Assembly: GCA_013286285.1 (NCBI GenBank)
Contig: JABDGA010000004.1
Span: 1 to 59,430, forward strand
Direction of reading: 5' to 3'
From: Alphaproteobacteria bacterium
Lineage (GTDB): Bacteria > Pseudomonadota > Alphaproteobacteria > Rickettsiales > JABCZZ01
DNA length: 59,430 nucleotides
A program made the position numbers and the translations under genes. Below, in pieces: positions 29,701 to 38,575 of the stretch (its first letter is position 1; each line of letters opens with the position of its first letter). Under the pieces are notes generated by a model. The model had not been told where the DNA came from, made no database searches, and saw only the letters and a program-made list of their open reading frames with translations.

Positions 29701-32700
29701 TCCTGTAGGTATTCCGGTAATGGTCACACTGAGGGATTCACCCGGATCATTATCACTCAGTGCCGATGTAATAGCAATCGGAATAGCACTATCTTCATAT
29801 CCGTTTGCGGCCTGCACGGAAAGCGTGGGGGTGTCGGCCACACCGGCAACCGCTACCGCAAGCGTAGCGGTGGTGGTTGCTGTGGTACCGTTTTCCGCTG
29901 CCCTCGCCGTTACTGAAAGGTTTAAAGTGCCGTTATAGTTAGAAGAGGGAGTGAAGGTAAGGCCATTCAGATCAGAAGGCGCGAAGGTCCAGGTTCCATT
30001 GCCGTTATTCGCGCCATGATTGAAAGTTGCTCCTGCAGGCACGCCACCGATAGTAATGCTTAAGGTTTCACCAGGGTCGTTATCGGTAAGCGCCGAAGTA
30101 ATAGATAACGGGATCGCCGTATCCTCGTTACCGCTGGCATTCTGTACGGAGAGGGACGGAGCGTCTGCGACTCCGGTGACGGTTACGCCAAGCGTTGCGT
30201 TGGCACTGGCGGTAGTGCCGTTCTCGCTTGCCATGGCAGTCACCGACAGACTCAGCGCACCATTATAATTGGCAGGCGGGGTGAGGGTAAGCCCGCTAAG
30301 ATCAGATGATGCAAACGTCCATGAGCCATTGCCGTTATTCGTGCCGTGATTGAAGATTGATCCCGCAGGAACATTGGCAATGGTAATACTTAATGTCTCG
30401 CCAGGATCGTTATCACTCAGACCAGAACTAATAGACAAGGGAATGGCCGTATCCTCACTACCCGTGGCAGGCTGAACCGAAAGCGTCGGCGTATCCGCCA
30501 CGCCAGCGACAGTTACTCCGAGCGTGGTGGCGGTGCTGGCAGTGGTGCCGTTCTCTGCAGCCGTCGCCGTGACGGATAAATTAAAGCTGCCATTATAGTT
30601 AGCGGGCGGAGTAATCGTAAGGCCTGAGAGTTGTGCCGGGGTAAGCGTCCAGCTTCCTCCGCCATTATCCACGCCCTGATTCAGCGAAGCTCCAGCAGGT
30701 ACGCCGCTGATGGTGATACTCAGGGATTCGCCGGGATCATTATCGCTCAGTGCAGAGCTGATGGAGAGGGATATCGCCGTGTCTTCATTCCCGCTGGCAG
30801 CCTGTACCGAAAGCGTCGGTGGATCGGCCACTCCCGCAACGGTTACCCCAAGCGTTGCATTCGTGCTCGCGGTAGTGCCGTTCTCGCTGGAGGTAGCGGT
30901 AATGGAAAGATTGAAATTTCCGTTGTAATTAGCAGGCGGGGTAATGGTCAGGCCGGAAAGCTGTGCCGGTGTCAGCGTCCAGTTCCCTCCCCCGTTATCG
31001 GTGCCGTGATTCAATACTGCTCCTGCCGGAACCCCGGTGATTTGCAGGGAAAGCGTTTCCGAACCGTCCGTATCGGTCAGCGCAGAGGTGATAGAAAGCG
31101 GAATTGCGTTATCTTCATTGCCGCTGGCATTTTGCACCGAAAGCGTCGGCACATCCGCGACTCCGGCGACGCTGACACTTAATACTGTGTTGGTACTCGC
31201 CGTAGTGCCGTTCTCTGCAGCCGTCGCCGTTACTGACAGGTTGAAATTTCCACTATAATTGGCAGGTGAAGTCAGGGTAAGCCCGGAAAGCTGTGCAGGA
31301 CTCAACGTCCAACTGCCATTGCCGTTATTCGTTCCGGCGGAGAGCAACGCGCCTGCCGGAAGCCCCGCGATAGTAATGCTTAAGGTTTCGCCAGGATCAT
31401 TATCCGTAAGTGCAGAAGTGATACTGAGAGGAATGGCAGTGTCCTCATTCCCGCTCGCGCTCTGCAAGGAGAGTGAAGGAGCATCCGCGGCTCCGACGAC
31501 TGTCACACCCAATGTCGCATTGGCGCTGGCGGTAGTTCCGTTTTCGCTGGAGGTAGCGGTAATGGACAGATTAAAGTTGCCATTATAGCTCGCAGGGGGG
31601 GTCAAAGTAAGCCCGGAAAGCTGCGCGGGCGTGAGCGTCCAGCTTCCTCCGCCATTATCCGTACCGTGATTAAGTGTGGCGCCTGCAGCTACGCCGGTGA
31701 CAGTAATAGACAATGTTTCCCCGCTGTCCGTATCCGATAACGAAGAAGTGATGGACAGTGGAATCGCCGTATCTTCGTTGCCCGTTGCCGCCTGTACCGA
31801 TAACACGGGCGTATCCGCTACACCTGCAACACTGACGCCCAAGGTGGCGTTGGTGCTTGCCGTCGTACCGTTCTCTGCAGCCGTCGCCGTGACGGATAAA
31901 TTAAAGCTGCCATTATAGTTCGCAGGCGGGGTAAAGGTAAGCCCGGAAAGCTGTGCAGGCGTAAATGTCCAGCTACCGTTACCATTGTTAGCGCCATGGT
32001 TAAAAGTCGATCCCGCAGGCACATTGGCAATGGTGATGCTCAGAGATTCTCCAGGATCATTATCTGTCAGCGCCGAAGTAATAGATAATGGGATTGCCGT
32101 ATCTTCGTTGCCGCTGGCAGTCTGTACGGAGAGGGACGGAGCGTCTGCAACGGCTGTCACACTGATCGCTATGCTGCCGGAAGTGCTCGCCGTCGTGCCG
32201 TTTTCGCTTGCCGTGGCGGTGACGGACAGATTGAAGCTGCCATTATAACTGGCAGGCGGAGTCAGGGTGAGCCCGGAAAGCTGGGTAGTGGTTAATGTCC
32301 AACTGCCGTTTCCGTTATCCGTGCCGTGATTCAATAAGGCTCCCGCTGGAACGCCTGTAATGGTAACGCTCAGCGTCTCCGAGGGATCCGTGTCATTCGG
32401 TGTAGCGGAGATGGAAAGCGCAATGGGAGCGTCTTCCATGCCGCTGGCGGCATGGATGGAAAGGCTGGGCGCGGTTGCCACGCCTGCAACGGCTACCGCC
32501 AAAGCAGATGTGGTGCTTGCCGTAGTGCCATTCTCGCTTGCCGTGGCGGTGACGCTAAGGGCAAGGTTGCCGTTCCAATGCTGTGGCGGCGTCAGCGTGA
32601 GACCCGTAAGATCGGAAGGCACGAATGTCCATGTTCCATTACCGTTATCCGTGCCGTGGTTAAATACCGAACCCGCCGGAACGCCGGCGATGGTGACGGT

Positions 32701-33762
32701 GATGGCTTCCGATCCGTCATTATCAGTGGGCGCGGTCGTGATAGTAATAGGAATCGCGGTATCTTCATTGCCGCTGGCGCTATGTATATTCAAGGCAGGC
32801 GGACTTGCTATCTCCCCGATGGTAAGCGGTGCGGTGACGGAATCGCTTACAATATCGCCACCGCGCTGGGAAAAGGCGGTAAGCCGCAGGCTTACCCGCC
32901 CGCTCCAGGATGCGGGTGTGGTCAGCCAGAGATTCTGCAACTCATCCGGCGTTACGTTCCATGTGCCGTTGCCCATATCGGTCCCGGAGGAAAGCGTGGC
33001 GCCTGAGGGCACGCCGGAAAATGTCAGCCATGTTTGTATGCCGCTTCCCGTATCGGCGGTTAATGCGACAAACAGCTGTATCGGCTGGCCTTGCAGGCCG
33101 GAAAGCGGTGCTAATGTGATAACAGGGGGCTGCAGAGTCGCCGGATTTATATCCGTTGTATGGCTTGAAGCGCCTTGCTGGTTGTCCGCGTGCAGGGTGG
33201 CAGGCACAACAGAATGCGGTGGTGACTGTGGGGCTGGGATCGCCGTACTGACAGATATTCCTTTTATTGCTGAAAACCGCTTCTTCTGGTTGCTAGTGAT
33301 GGTTTCCGTCGCCGAAGCCAGCGTCTGTAGCGCAACATTTGCCGCATGGCGGGCCCAGGATGGGACGTGGGAAGCAATATGTCCATTCGGCAAGGTGGAA
33401 TTGGTGTCACCACTTGGGAACCATTGCGATTTTATATCCGCTGCGTGATGCTCATCCGCCTGAGCTACGATAGATTGCCTGGGTAACGATGGCGGTATGA
33501 CGGACAGTCCAGGTTTCAGGCCGGATTCAGAAGAGGTCCTGGGAATTTCGGCAGGCGTATAGCCGCCGTCGCTGCCATGCCTGCCAAGCTGTATATTGCC
33601 GAGCAGTACGCCACGTTCTCTTTGCACGCCATCCGGATCGTATCCCTGGTGCAACTTGGCATCCAGATCCGTGGTAACGGGCGGCAGCGGCAGATCAATC
33701 GCGTCTTCCTTCTGTGGCCCGGCAACCGTGATGCCGTTTCCTTTGGAAAATGGACTCGCCAT
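23743..33762 (-). CDS. Giant repetitive surface adhesin, ~28 cadherin/Ig-like ~110-aa repeats (3339 aa)
   Basis: Repeat unit ADxPxL..SGNEDTAI..LTDxDGSETLS..GVPxGA..GxWTLT..LSGLT..P.NY.G with 330-bp period; adjacent T1SS ABC gene. Confidence 0.92.
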   Translation of the reverse strand: MASPFSKGNGITVAGPQKEDAIDLPLPPVTTDLDAKLHQGYDPDGVQRERGVLLGNIQLGRHGSDGGYTPAEIPRTSSESGLKPGLSVIPPSLPRQSIVAQADEHHAADIKSQWFPSGDTNSTLPNGHIASHVPSWARHAANVALQTLASATETITSNQKKRFSAIKGISVSTAIPAPQSPPHSVVPATLHADNQQGASSHTTDINPATLQPPVITLAPLSGLQGQPIQLFVALTADTGSGIQTWLTFSGVPSGATLSSGTDMGNGTWNVTPDELQNLWLTTPASWSGRVSLRLTAFSQRGGDIVSDSVTAPLTIGEIASPPALNIHSASGNEDTAIPITITTAPTDNDGSEAITVTIAGVPAGSVFNHGTDNGNGTWTFVPSDLTGLTLTPPQHWNGNLALSVTATASENGTTASTTSALAVAVAGVATAPSLSIHAASGMEDAPIALSISATPNDTDPSETLSVTITGVPAGALLNHGTDNGNGSWTLTTTQLSGLTLTPPASYNGSFNLSVTATASENGTTASTSGSIAISVTAVADAPSLSVQTASGNEDTAIPLSITSALTDNDPGESLSITIANVPAGSTFNHGANNGNGSWTFTPAQLSGLTFTPPANYNGSFNLSVTATAAENGTTASTNATLGVSVAGVADTPVLSVQAATGNEDTAIPLSITSSLSDTDSGETLSITVTGVAAGATLNHGTDNGGGSWTLTPAQLSGLTLTPPASYNGNFNLSITATSSENGTTASANATLGVTVVGAADAPSLSLQSASGNEDTAIPLSITSALTDNDPGETLSITIAGLPAGALLSAGTNNGNGSWTLSPAQLSGLTLTSPANYSGNFNLSVTATAAENGTTASTNTVLSVSVAGVADVPTLSVQNASGNEDNAIPLSITSALTDTDGSETLSLQITGVPAGAVLNHGTDNGGGNWTLTPAQLSGLTITPPANYNGNFNLSITATSSENGTTASTNATLGVTVAGVADPPTLSVQAASGNEDTAISLSISSALSDNDPGESLSITISGVPAGASLNQGVDNGGGSWTLTPAQLSGLTITPPANYNGSFNLSVTATAAENGTTASTATTLGVTVAGVADTPTLSVQPATGSEDTAIPLSISSGLSDNDPGETLSITIANVPAGSIFNHGTNNGNGSWTFASSDLSGLTLTPPANYNGALSLSVTAMASENGTTASANATLGVTVTGVADAPSLSVQNASGNEDTAIPLSITSALTDNDPGETLSITIGGVPAGATFNHGANNGNGTWTFAPSDLNGLTFTPSSNYNGTLNLSVTARAAENGTTATTTATLAVAVAGVADTPTLSVQAANGYEDSAIPIAITSALSDNDPGESLSVTITGIPTGATLNQGTDNGNGNWTLTLAQLSGLTLTPPANYSGSFNISVTATSSENGTQASTNTTLGVTVIAAADAPSLSVQPASGNEDTPIALSITSALTDNDPGETLSITIANVPAGASFNHGTDNGNGSWTLAPSDLTGLVFTPPLHGSGNLSLAVTATASENGTTASTSANLDIAVNGVVSPPSLTVQAASGNEDTTIPLSVSAAMVNADASESLSIVISNMPSGATLSAGTNNGDGSWTLTPAQLTNLTLTPPANWSGNVTIDVAAIATDGGHTASTNTGLSLAVAGVADPPTLSVQAASGNEDTAIPVTINAALTDTDGSETLSVTITGVPAGATFSAGTNNGNGSWTFTPSNLTNLTITPPSNYSGNFNLSVTATSSENGTTASANATLGVTVAGVADTPTLSVQNASGNEDTAIPLAITSALTDTDGSETLGITITGVPAGATLNHGTNNGGGSWTLTPAQLSGLTLTPPANYSGSFTLSVTATSSENSTTASANATLNVAVAGVADTPTLSVQSASGNEDTAISLNITSALTDTDGSETLSLTITGVPSGAVLNHGTNNGGGSWTLAPAQLSGLTITPAANYNGSFNLSVTATSSENNTTASANATLGVTVVGVADTPSLSVQNASGNEDTAIALSISSALTDNDSGETLSITITGVPTGATLNHGTNNGGGSWTLTPAQLSGLTITPASNYNGSFNLSVTSTASENGTTASANATIGVSVAGVADTPILSVQAASGNEDTAIPLTISSSLSDNDPGETLSITIANVPSGTIFNHGTNNGNGTWTFTPADLTGLTITPPANYNGALSLAVTATASENGTTASANATLALTVTGIADPPILSVQAANGNEDTAIPLSITSSLSDNDSGESLSITITGVPTGATLNHGTNNGGGSWTLTPAQLTGLTITPPSNYNGSFNLSVTATTSENGTTANTNATLGVAVAGVADTPTLSVQAASGNEDTAITLSITSALSDNDPGETLSLTITGVPTGAVLNHGINNGNGSWTLTPAQLSGLTITPASNYNGSFNLSVTSTASENGTTASASTTLGVTVVGVADTPTLSVQAASGNEDTPIALSITSALSDNDPGETLSITITGIPTGSILNHGTNNGNGSWTLTPAQLSGLTITPPANYNGSFNLSVTSTASENGTTASANATLGVTVIGVADTPTLSVQNASGNEDTAIPLSLTSALTDTDGSEVLSINITGVPTGATLSAGTYAGNGTWSLTPAQLSGLTITPPANYSGTMALTVKAISTEEGDGNSTSTGVALNVVVAPVADQPTLYVSTASGNENTTIPLSITSALTDTDGSETLSIKISGVPSGAVLNHGTNNGGGNWTLTPAQLSGLTITPPANSNANFTLTVTSTSTESAGGSASSVASIPVTVIGMPNTPTATASSVTGTGGTPIALTLGGSLINSDGSQTLTYLVQGVPAGFALNQGINNGDNTWTLTPAQLSGLTLISPLQFNGQVNLYVNAVAHESNGNVVMSAATPFNARIGAWSTGYLVDIGVNAHIGGIGVGVQVVAGTNIDLLPTSGGILGTNMFVKEDTPFLISDAPSLLGLPAISGILGLVASVQFTGVPAGATFSQGTNLGGGVWQFTQAQLTNLYMTPPANSDVDYTITAQAKLLSLATISLASAAVHVMGVADMPTLTASAGGPINEDSGSIPITITSALTDTDGSETLSFQISGMPAGFSLNHGINNGDGTWSLTSSDLTGLTMTPASNWSGSGSLTISAISTEREGDQAVKQTTASFSVTPVADAPLISNQPQSGTENTPLALNFGVALTDTDGSESISAVTVSGLPAGASLTNATNNGDGTWSVNVAQINNVKFVPATNWHGDVTLSLTAASKESANGVTASTNGTLAIHMAAVAATPTINAANISDQQNAPITLNISAGLTDSTEQLSVVVSGMPTGAILSAGVHNADNTWTLTPAQLSALSITPPTSFTGDMHLTATAYSFESSNGTSASAHQDFTVHVDYQHAFPS

Positions 33763-33816
33763 ATATCCCTGTTCCTAAAATTTGGGCATGCAGCTTCAAA
33801 TAGTACCATAATCAAA

Positions 33817-33832
33817 TTAATGCTTCCTTAAC
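33817..33832. promoter_or_regulatory. CtrA binding site
   Basis: Perfect TTAA-TGCTTCC-TTAAC, 55 bp upstream of the adhesin start. Confidence 0.65.
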
Positions 33833-33932
33833 GTGTAAAACTATTTCTTTTTTATGCAGAATAGTATTATAATATATTATAATACTAAACGCCTATATTA
33901 GCTATTGAATTATTAATATAACTGGGTGATTT

Positions 33933-34820
33933 ATGGAACGTATTTTGCTAGTGGAGGACGAACCAAGCAACCGGGCCATCCTCGGCGCGCAGCTAAAGCA
34001 GGCAGGGTATGTGGTGGATGAGGCGGATAACGGGGAATCCGCATGGAAAATACTGACTGCCAGGCCGGACTATGCTGTCGTAGTAACAGACCGTCGCATG
34101 CCGCAAATGGATGGGCTAGCGCTGTTTGAACGTATGCAGGCGCATGTGGAGCTGCGCCATATACCCGTTATCATGCAGACGGCGGCTACGGCACCCAACG
34201 AGGTGGTGGAGGGCATTCGGGCGGGGGTATATTATTACCTGAGCAAGCCCTATCAAGAAGAGACCTTGCTGACGCTTATTAAATCCGCCATTCGTGAGCG
34301 GCAGAAGCATGAGATGTTTGAGGCACGTCTTTCCAGACAAAGCGGAGCACTGGGAAAATTCGTAAAAGGAGAATTCCACATCCGCACCCCGGAAGAAGCG
34401 CAGAATATTGCCTTTTTGCTGGGCAGCCTGTTCCCCAGGCCTGAGCTTGCAGTCACAGGACTATATGAGCTTCTGCTCAATGCCATCGAACACGGCAATC
34501 TGAGCATAGGATTTGATGAAAAAGCCCGGCTTCTGGCGGAATCCGGGTGGGAAGCAGCGATTCGCCAGCGACTGAATCAACCTGCAAATAGGGCCAAAAA
34601 AGTGGATGTACAATTTACGCAAAGCTCTGAGAAGCTGGATGTAACGATTACGGATGACGGAAATGGATTCGACTGGCGCCCGTATATGGAAATCGAGCCG
34701 TCACGTGCGACCCAGGCGAACGGACGCGGGATTGCCAAAGCGAATCTACTCAGTTTTGATAAACTTTCCTATTTGGATAAAGGCAACAAGGTACACATCA
34801 CGGTAAAGCGCGCAGCATAG
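33933..34820 (+). CDS. Response regulator with C-terminal RsbW-like HATPase domain
   Basis: ILLVEDE, TDRRMPQMDG, YLSKP; ELLLNAIEHGN, DDGNGF, NGRGI. Confidence 0.88.
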   Translation: MERILLVEDEPSNRAILGAQLKQAGYVVDEADNGESAWKILTARPDYAVVVTDRRMPQMDGLALFERMQAHVELRHIPVIMQTAATAPNEVVEGIRAGVYYYLSKPYQEETLLTLIKSAIRERQKHEMFEARLSRQSGALGKFVKGEFHIRTPEEAQNIAFLLGSLFPRPELAVTGLYELLLNAIEHGNLSIGFDEKARLLAESGWEAAIRQRLNQPANRAKKVDVQFTQSSEKLDVTITDDGNGFDWRPYMEIEPSRATQANGRGIAKANLLSFDKLSYLDKGNKVHITVKRAA

Positions 34821-34846
34821 CGCATTATGCCTTTTACTGTGGAGCA

Positions 34847-36460
34847 TTATGGCTTCGCTTCCGGCAAGGTAAAATAAAATACGGTGCCTTTGCCAGTTTC
34901 CGTCGTGAAGCCTATCTTACCTTTCATTAATTCCACCAATTGCTTGGTAATGTTAAGTCCGAGGCCAGTGCCTTCATGCCGTCGCGTGTCGGAGCTGTCG
35001 GCCTGCGTGAATTTGCCGAAAATGCGGGAGCGAAAGGTTTCAGGAATGCCCCCGCCGTGATCTTCCACCTCAAAACGGATATATTCCTTCTCGCGAGTTG
35101 CACGCATGAGCACTTCGTCCCCAGAGGGGGAGAATTTGGCGGCATTTGACATCAGATTGGTCACGATCTGCATCAACAGGTCAGGGTCTGCCATCACCTG
35201 TGCCTGCACGCATTGTTTATCCAGAACGAAACGGATGCCGAATTTATCACCGTAAGAACGATTGTTCTCCAATGCCGACTGCAGGAAGGGCAATACCGTT
35301 ACGGTCGCAATATTCAGCTCCAGCTTACCCGATCCTATCTTCTCTATATCCAGAATATCATTGACGATGCGCACCAGCCGTCCGCTGTTACGGTGTGCAA
35401 TAGATACCATCTCGATCACGTCTTCCGGCAGTTTGCCCATTTCACCGCTGGCGATTAATCCCAGCGAGCCATAAATAGACGTAAGCGGTGTGCGCAATTC
35501 ATGACTGACCGTGGAAATGAATTCATCTTTCAGCTTCTCTACTTCTTTGCGCGCCGTAATATCTTCGATCTGCGCGATAAAATACTGAGGGCTGCCGTCA
35601 ATATTCTTTACTAAAGACGCATATAATATCACCCAGATCACACGCCCGTTTTTTTGAATATAGCGTTTCTCGCACCGGTAACTATCAATCTCGCCAGCAA
35701 TGATCTGGCGCCTGGATTCATCGGTCAACTGCGTATCATCAGGATGTGTCACGGCCTTGAAATCGGTTTGCAGTAATTCTTCCTCTGCATACCCCAGAAG
35801 CGTGCAGAATGCTTTATTCACCTTAAACCACTGTCCGTCAGGCTTCAGCAGCGCCATACCTATAGGAGAGTGTTCCATAGCGGTGCGAAAAATCGCCTCG
35901 CTTTGCCTTAGCTGATCGTTGACAAGCGCATCACTCAAGGCGGCGGAAAGCACGCCGGCCAGCAGTTCAAGCGTCGTCACATCCTGCTGGTTGAATGCAG
36001 CAGCCCTAGACGACAGCACCTTTAATACGCCAACAGCCTTCTTTTCCCGTGTCAGCGGTACGACCACCATGGAAGAGACGCCCACCTTCCGGCAGGCTTC
36101 CTTATCCACGCGAGGATCCATTTCCGCATTATCGCATTTAAGTACGGCGTTTTCCGATACGCAGCGCCCCGAAAGACTGCCCGCGGCTTTCAGGCGCAAG
36201 CCAAGAAACGGCGCGGCAGTGCCACTTGCGGCACGGTAGACCATTTCCTCGCCTTCCAGCATCTCGATGACGCTGCCTTCCGCAGACGTAATGGCCTGTG
36301 TCCGTTCTGCGATAAGATGCATCGCGAAAGGCAAATCGTGATGGGCATGGGCAACATCACGCTGAATAGCAACAATTTCCGATAAATGCTGATGTTCCTT
36401 GCCAAGGCCGCTTGAAGATTCCTGCTGCGCGCTAAGGTTAAGCATATATTTCTGATGCAT
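34847..36460 (-). CDS. GAF-PAS sensor histidine kinase
   Basis: GAF (SLSGRC, MVVVPL), PAS (THPDD), SHELRTPL, NAAKFS, GTGLGL. Confidence 0.92.
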   Translation of the reverse strand: MHQKYMLNLSAQQESSSGLGKEHQHLSEIVAIQRDVAHAHHDLPFAMHLIAERTQAITSAEGSVIEMLEGEEMVYRAASGTAAPFLGLRLKAAGSLSGRCVSENAVLKCDNAEMDPRVDKEACRKVGVSSMVVVPLTREKKAVGVLKVLSSRAAAFNQQDVTTLELLAGVLSAALSDALVNDQLRQSEAIFRTAMEHSPIGMALLKPDGQWFKVNKAFCTLLGYAEEELLQTDFKAVTHPDDTQLTDESRRQIIAGEIDSYRCEKRYIQKNGRVIWVILYASLVKNIDGSPQYFIAQIEDITARKEVEKLKDEFISTVSHELRTPLTSIYGSLGLIASGEMGKLPEDVIEMVSIAHRNSGRLVRIVNDILDIEKIGSGKLELNIATVTVLPFLQSALENNRSYGDKFGIRFVLDKQCVQAQVMADPDLLMQIVTNLMSNAAKFSPSGDEVLMRATREKEYIRFEVEDHGGGIPETFRSRIFGKFTQADSSDTRRHEGTGLGLNITKQLVELMKGKIGFTTETGKGTVFYFTLPEAKP

Positions 36461-36651
36461 CAAAAGTTAACAAAAGCGGATGGCGGTGGACGCAGTCTGC
36501 CTCGAACTGCTCTCCGTGAGTACCCCGTAATTACCCTGTTTATCAGGAAAAATACAGGGAATTTTAGATTTTTTGGGCGGGGCAATGACAGGAAATCGCT
36601 GAAAATTATTTTTATAACAGCCAGTTATTCTATAGTTCCCTAAAAATAAAA

Positions 36652-36721
36652 CAGGGAAGACTCTTATGGCAACAGGGAATGCAAAGACTGTAGCAGGGAA
36701 TCATAATCACAGAGCAGGTAA
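36652..36721 (+). repeat. Four CAGG(G/T)AA motifs at 21-bp period
   Basis: Starts at 36652, 36673, 36694, 36715; extra copy at 36555. Confidence 0.7.
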
Positions 36722-37188
36722 AGTGATTTATTTAACTGCAAGGACCGCCGGATCACTATACACATAGTCTATGTAATATCGATTACTATGGCAGTGTCCT
36801 TACAGGGCGTTCCCACCGACATAAGTACCTATGATACCATATGTAGGAATAGTAATATGGAGTTGAATATGCAGCTCAAGAAAGGGAATCACAAGTACAT
36901 CCAGACAAGGGAAAGATTTCATTCTTCTTTATCGAAACGGCACATAAAGTCGATACAATGGGGAGTTTCCAGAGCGTTGGCGGGGTTCTGCCATAATCTG
37001 CGCTTGACTCACCACATAGTGGGTAATTGAAGGAATCCGTATACCTCCGAATATATGTTATCTGATGCAGCCTTATACCCTAGTAAAGAAATTTGATTAA
37101 CAGACGGATCTTTATAAAGACTCTTGTCAGTGTCTCAACTGTAAGTATATTTATTATGCTTGTAGCATTTTTTGAATGAGTATTCATT

Positions 37189-37668
37189 ATGTCCGAAACT
37201 CCTAAAAATTCGCCCGATGACAGACACCCGACCATTGATGTTCTTCAGCATGATATAGAAAGAGCCAATGTATACCGGTTAGAACTTATAAAAAGCATGC
37301 TGACGATTGCAACAGCGGTTCTGGCATTTACCGTTTCATTCCGTCCAACCATTATTAACCCTGATTGGGTATCGCTCATGTGGATAGGATGGCTTGGATT
37401 AGGGATTTCCATTATTGGCGGCTTGGTAAATATGTGGGGTTGGGAACGTTTTTATATCAGTTATAGGGATTACGACTGGAAAAAGAAGAAAGAAGCAGGA
37501 AAACAACATCGCAAGACTATTACTGCATGGAGAAGGATTGCCATGTTTATCCAATTTTCTTGCCTTTCCGTCGGTATCTTGTCCGTTGCATGTTTCACAG
37601 CAGAAAATATAGGAAAGCCCCATGTATCGCTTTCTTCTGAGCATACTGCTACAACTCAGGAACGATAA
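37189..37668 (+). CDS. Hypothetical 3-TM membrane protein
   Basis: Three hydrophobic segments with a basic loop; first gene of a tight operon. Confidence 0.8.
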   Translation: MSETPKNSPDDRHPTIDVLQHDIERANVYRLELIKSMLTIATAVLAFTVSFRPTIINPDWVSLMWIGWLGLGISIIGGLVNMWGWERFYISYRDYDWKKKKEAGKQHRKTITAWRRIAMFIQFSCLSVGILSVACFTAENIGKPHVSLSSEHTATTQER

Positions 37669-37672
37669 TAAA

Positions 37673-38575
37673 ATGACATGGCAAGGACGCGTTCAGCGGC
37701 GATGGAACAAATCGTTTGATAAGGCCAATGTGGATTCAGTTATCGCCACTATTTCAGGTAAAGGACCCGAAGGGGGTAAGGCAGAGGGTGCAGGTGCCCA
37801 TGTTGTAGTTAATATTTCTTCGGCGCATATATCGTCTTTTTGCAAGGAAGGATACAAAAACGCTTATGAAATCTTTAGCGAACAATCGACCTATTCTTTA
37901 CGGCTCACCGATCCATCTACTGGTACTCAACGTATCGGTGGAGAGCCACCAAAACCTATCTCACAAACCCGCAAAGAGGTAGATAGGATACTACAGGAAG
38001 CAACACATATTGAACCAGAGCATACCTATTTTTGTGCTGTTGAAGTATCGGGGTATGGTGTTCGCTTTTATGGTGATATGTGCTTGGTGCTTAAGCATTC
38101 GGAAGTGGATGCTGATACCGTTATACTCGACAGAAACTCCTATGATCTGATGCGAAGTCCATGGAAAGAAGAGATTGCGGGAGATATTGAAAAACGCAAA
38201 GAAAAAGTAGATTCCATAAAGGGATATATTGAAGCCGATTTGCCGGCAATGGCGGCATATAAGGTTATGGAACGAGTGGGAGAATATTCGCGTAGACTTA
38301 CAACCGGTGAGATCGCTGGTAACATATGTGTGGATGAAGACTATATTGAAGTTTTACATCAGAAAAAAATTGGGATTGAAAGTATCGCAGAAGTTCGGAT
38401 GTCCGAAGGAGATGTGGTAGCAGAGGCGCATACTCTGATAAGACTGAGATCTGGTATTGCCCCTGATTTGGGAGCTTGGACGTTTATGCAGAACCGGCAT
38501 CGTGCCATTGAAGTGTTGGATAAACATGATGTCCGTGTCCGCGTGATTACAGCTTCCGGAAGGATAAAAGGATGA
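37673..38575 (+). CDS. Hypothetical protein, DUF3626/ADP-ribosyltransferase-like
   Basis: Motif order VVN..GYKNAYE..YFCAV..RFYGDMCLVLK..NS..DYIEV recalls DUF3626 (recognised by eye only). Confidence 0.55.
   Translation: MTWQGRVQRRWNKSFDKANVDSVIATISGKGPEGGKAEGAGAHVVVNISSAHISSFCKEGYKNAYEIFSEQSTYSLRLTDPSTGTQRIGGEPPKPISQTRKEVDRILQEATHIEPEHTYFCAVEVSGYGVRFYGDMCLVLKHSEVDADTVILDRNSYDLMRSPWKEEIAGDIEKRKEKVDSIKGYIEADLPAMAAYKVMERVGEYSRRLTTGEIAGNICVDEDYIEVLHQKKIGIESIAEVRMSEGDVVAEAHTLIRLRSGIAPDLGAWTFMQNRHRAIEVLDKHDVRVRVITASGRIKG

Noticed and set aside
23861-33448. Many similar plus-strand ORFs across the adhesin
   Set aside because: Antisense shadows of the 330-bp coding repeat
36481-36520. A second tRNA gene
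   Set aside because: Only a degenerate 3'-end-like fragment; no D or anticodon arm
36788-37100. 80-aa ORF and a possible IS end near 37061-37083
   Set aside because: No recognisable motif, RBS or partner repeat; probably decayed sequence
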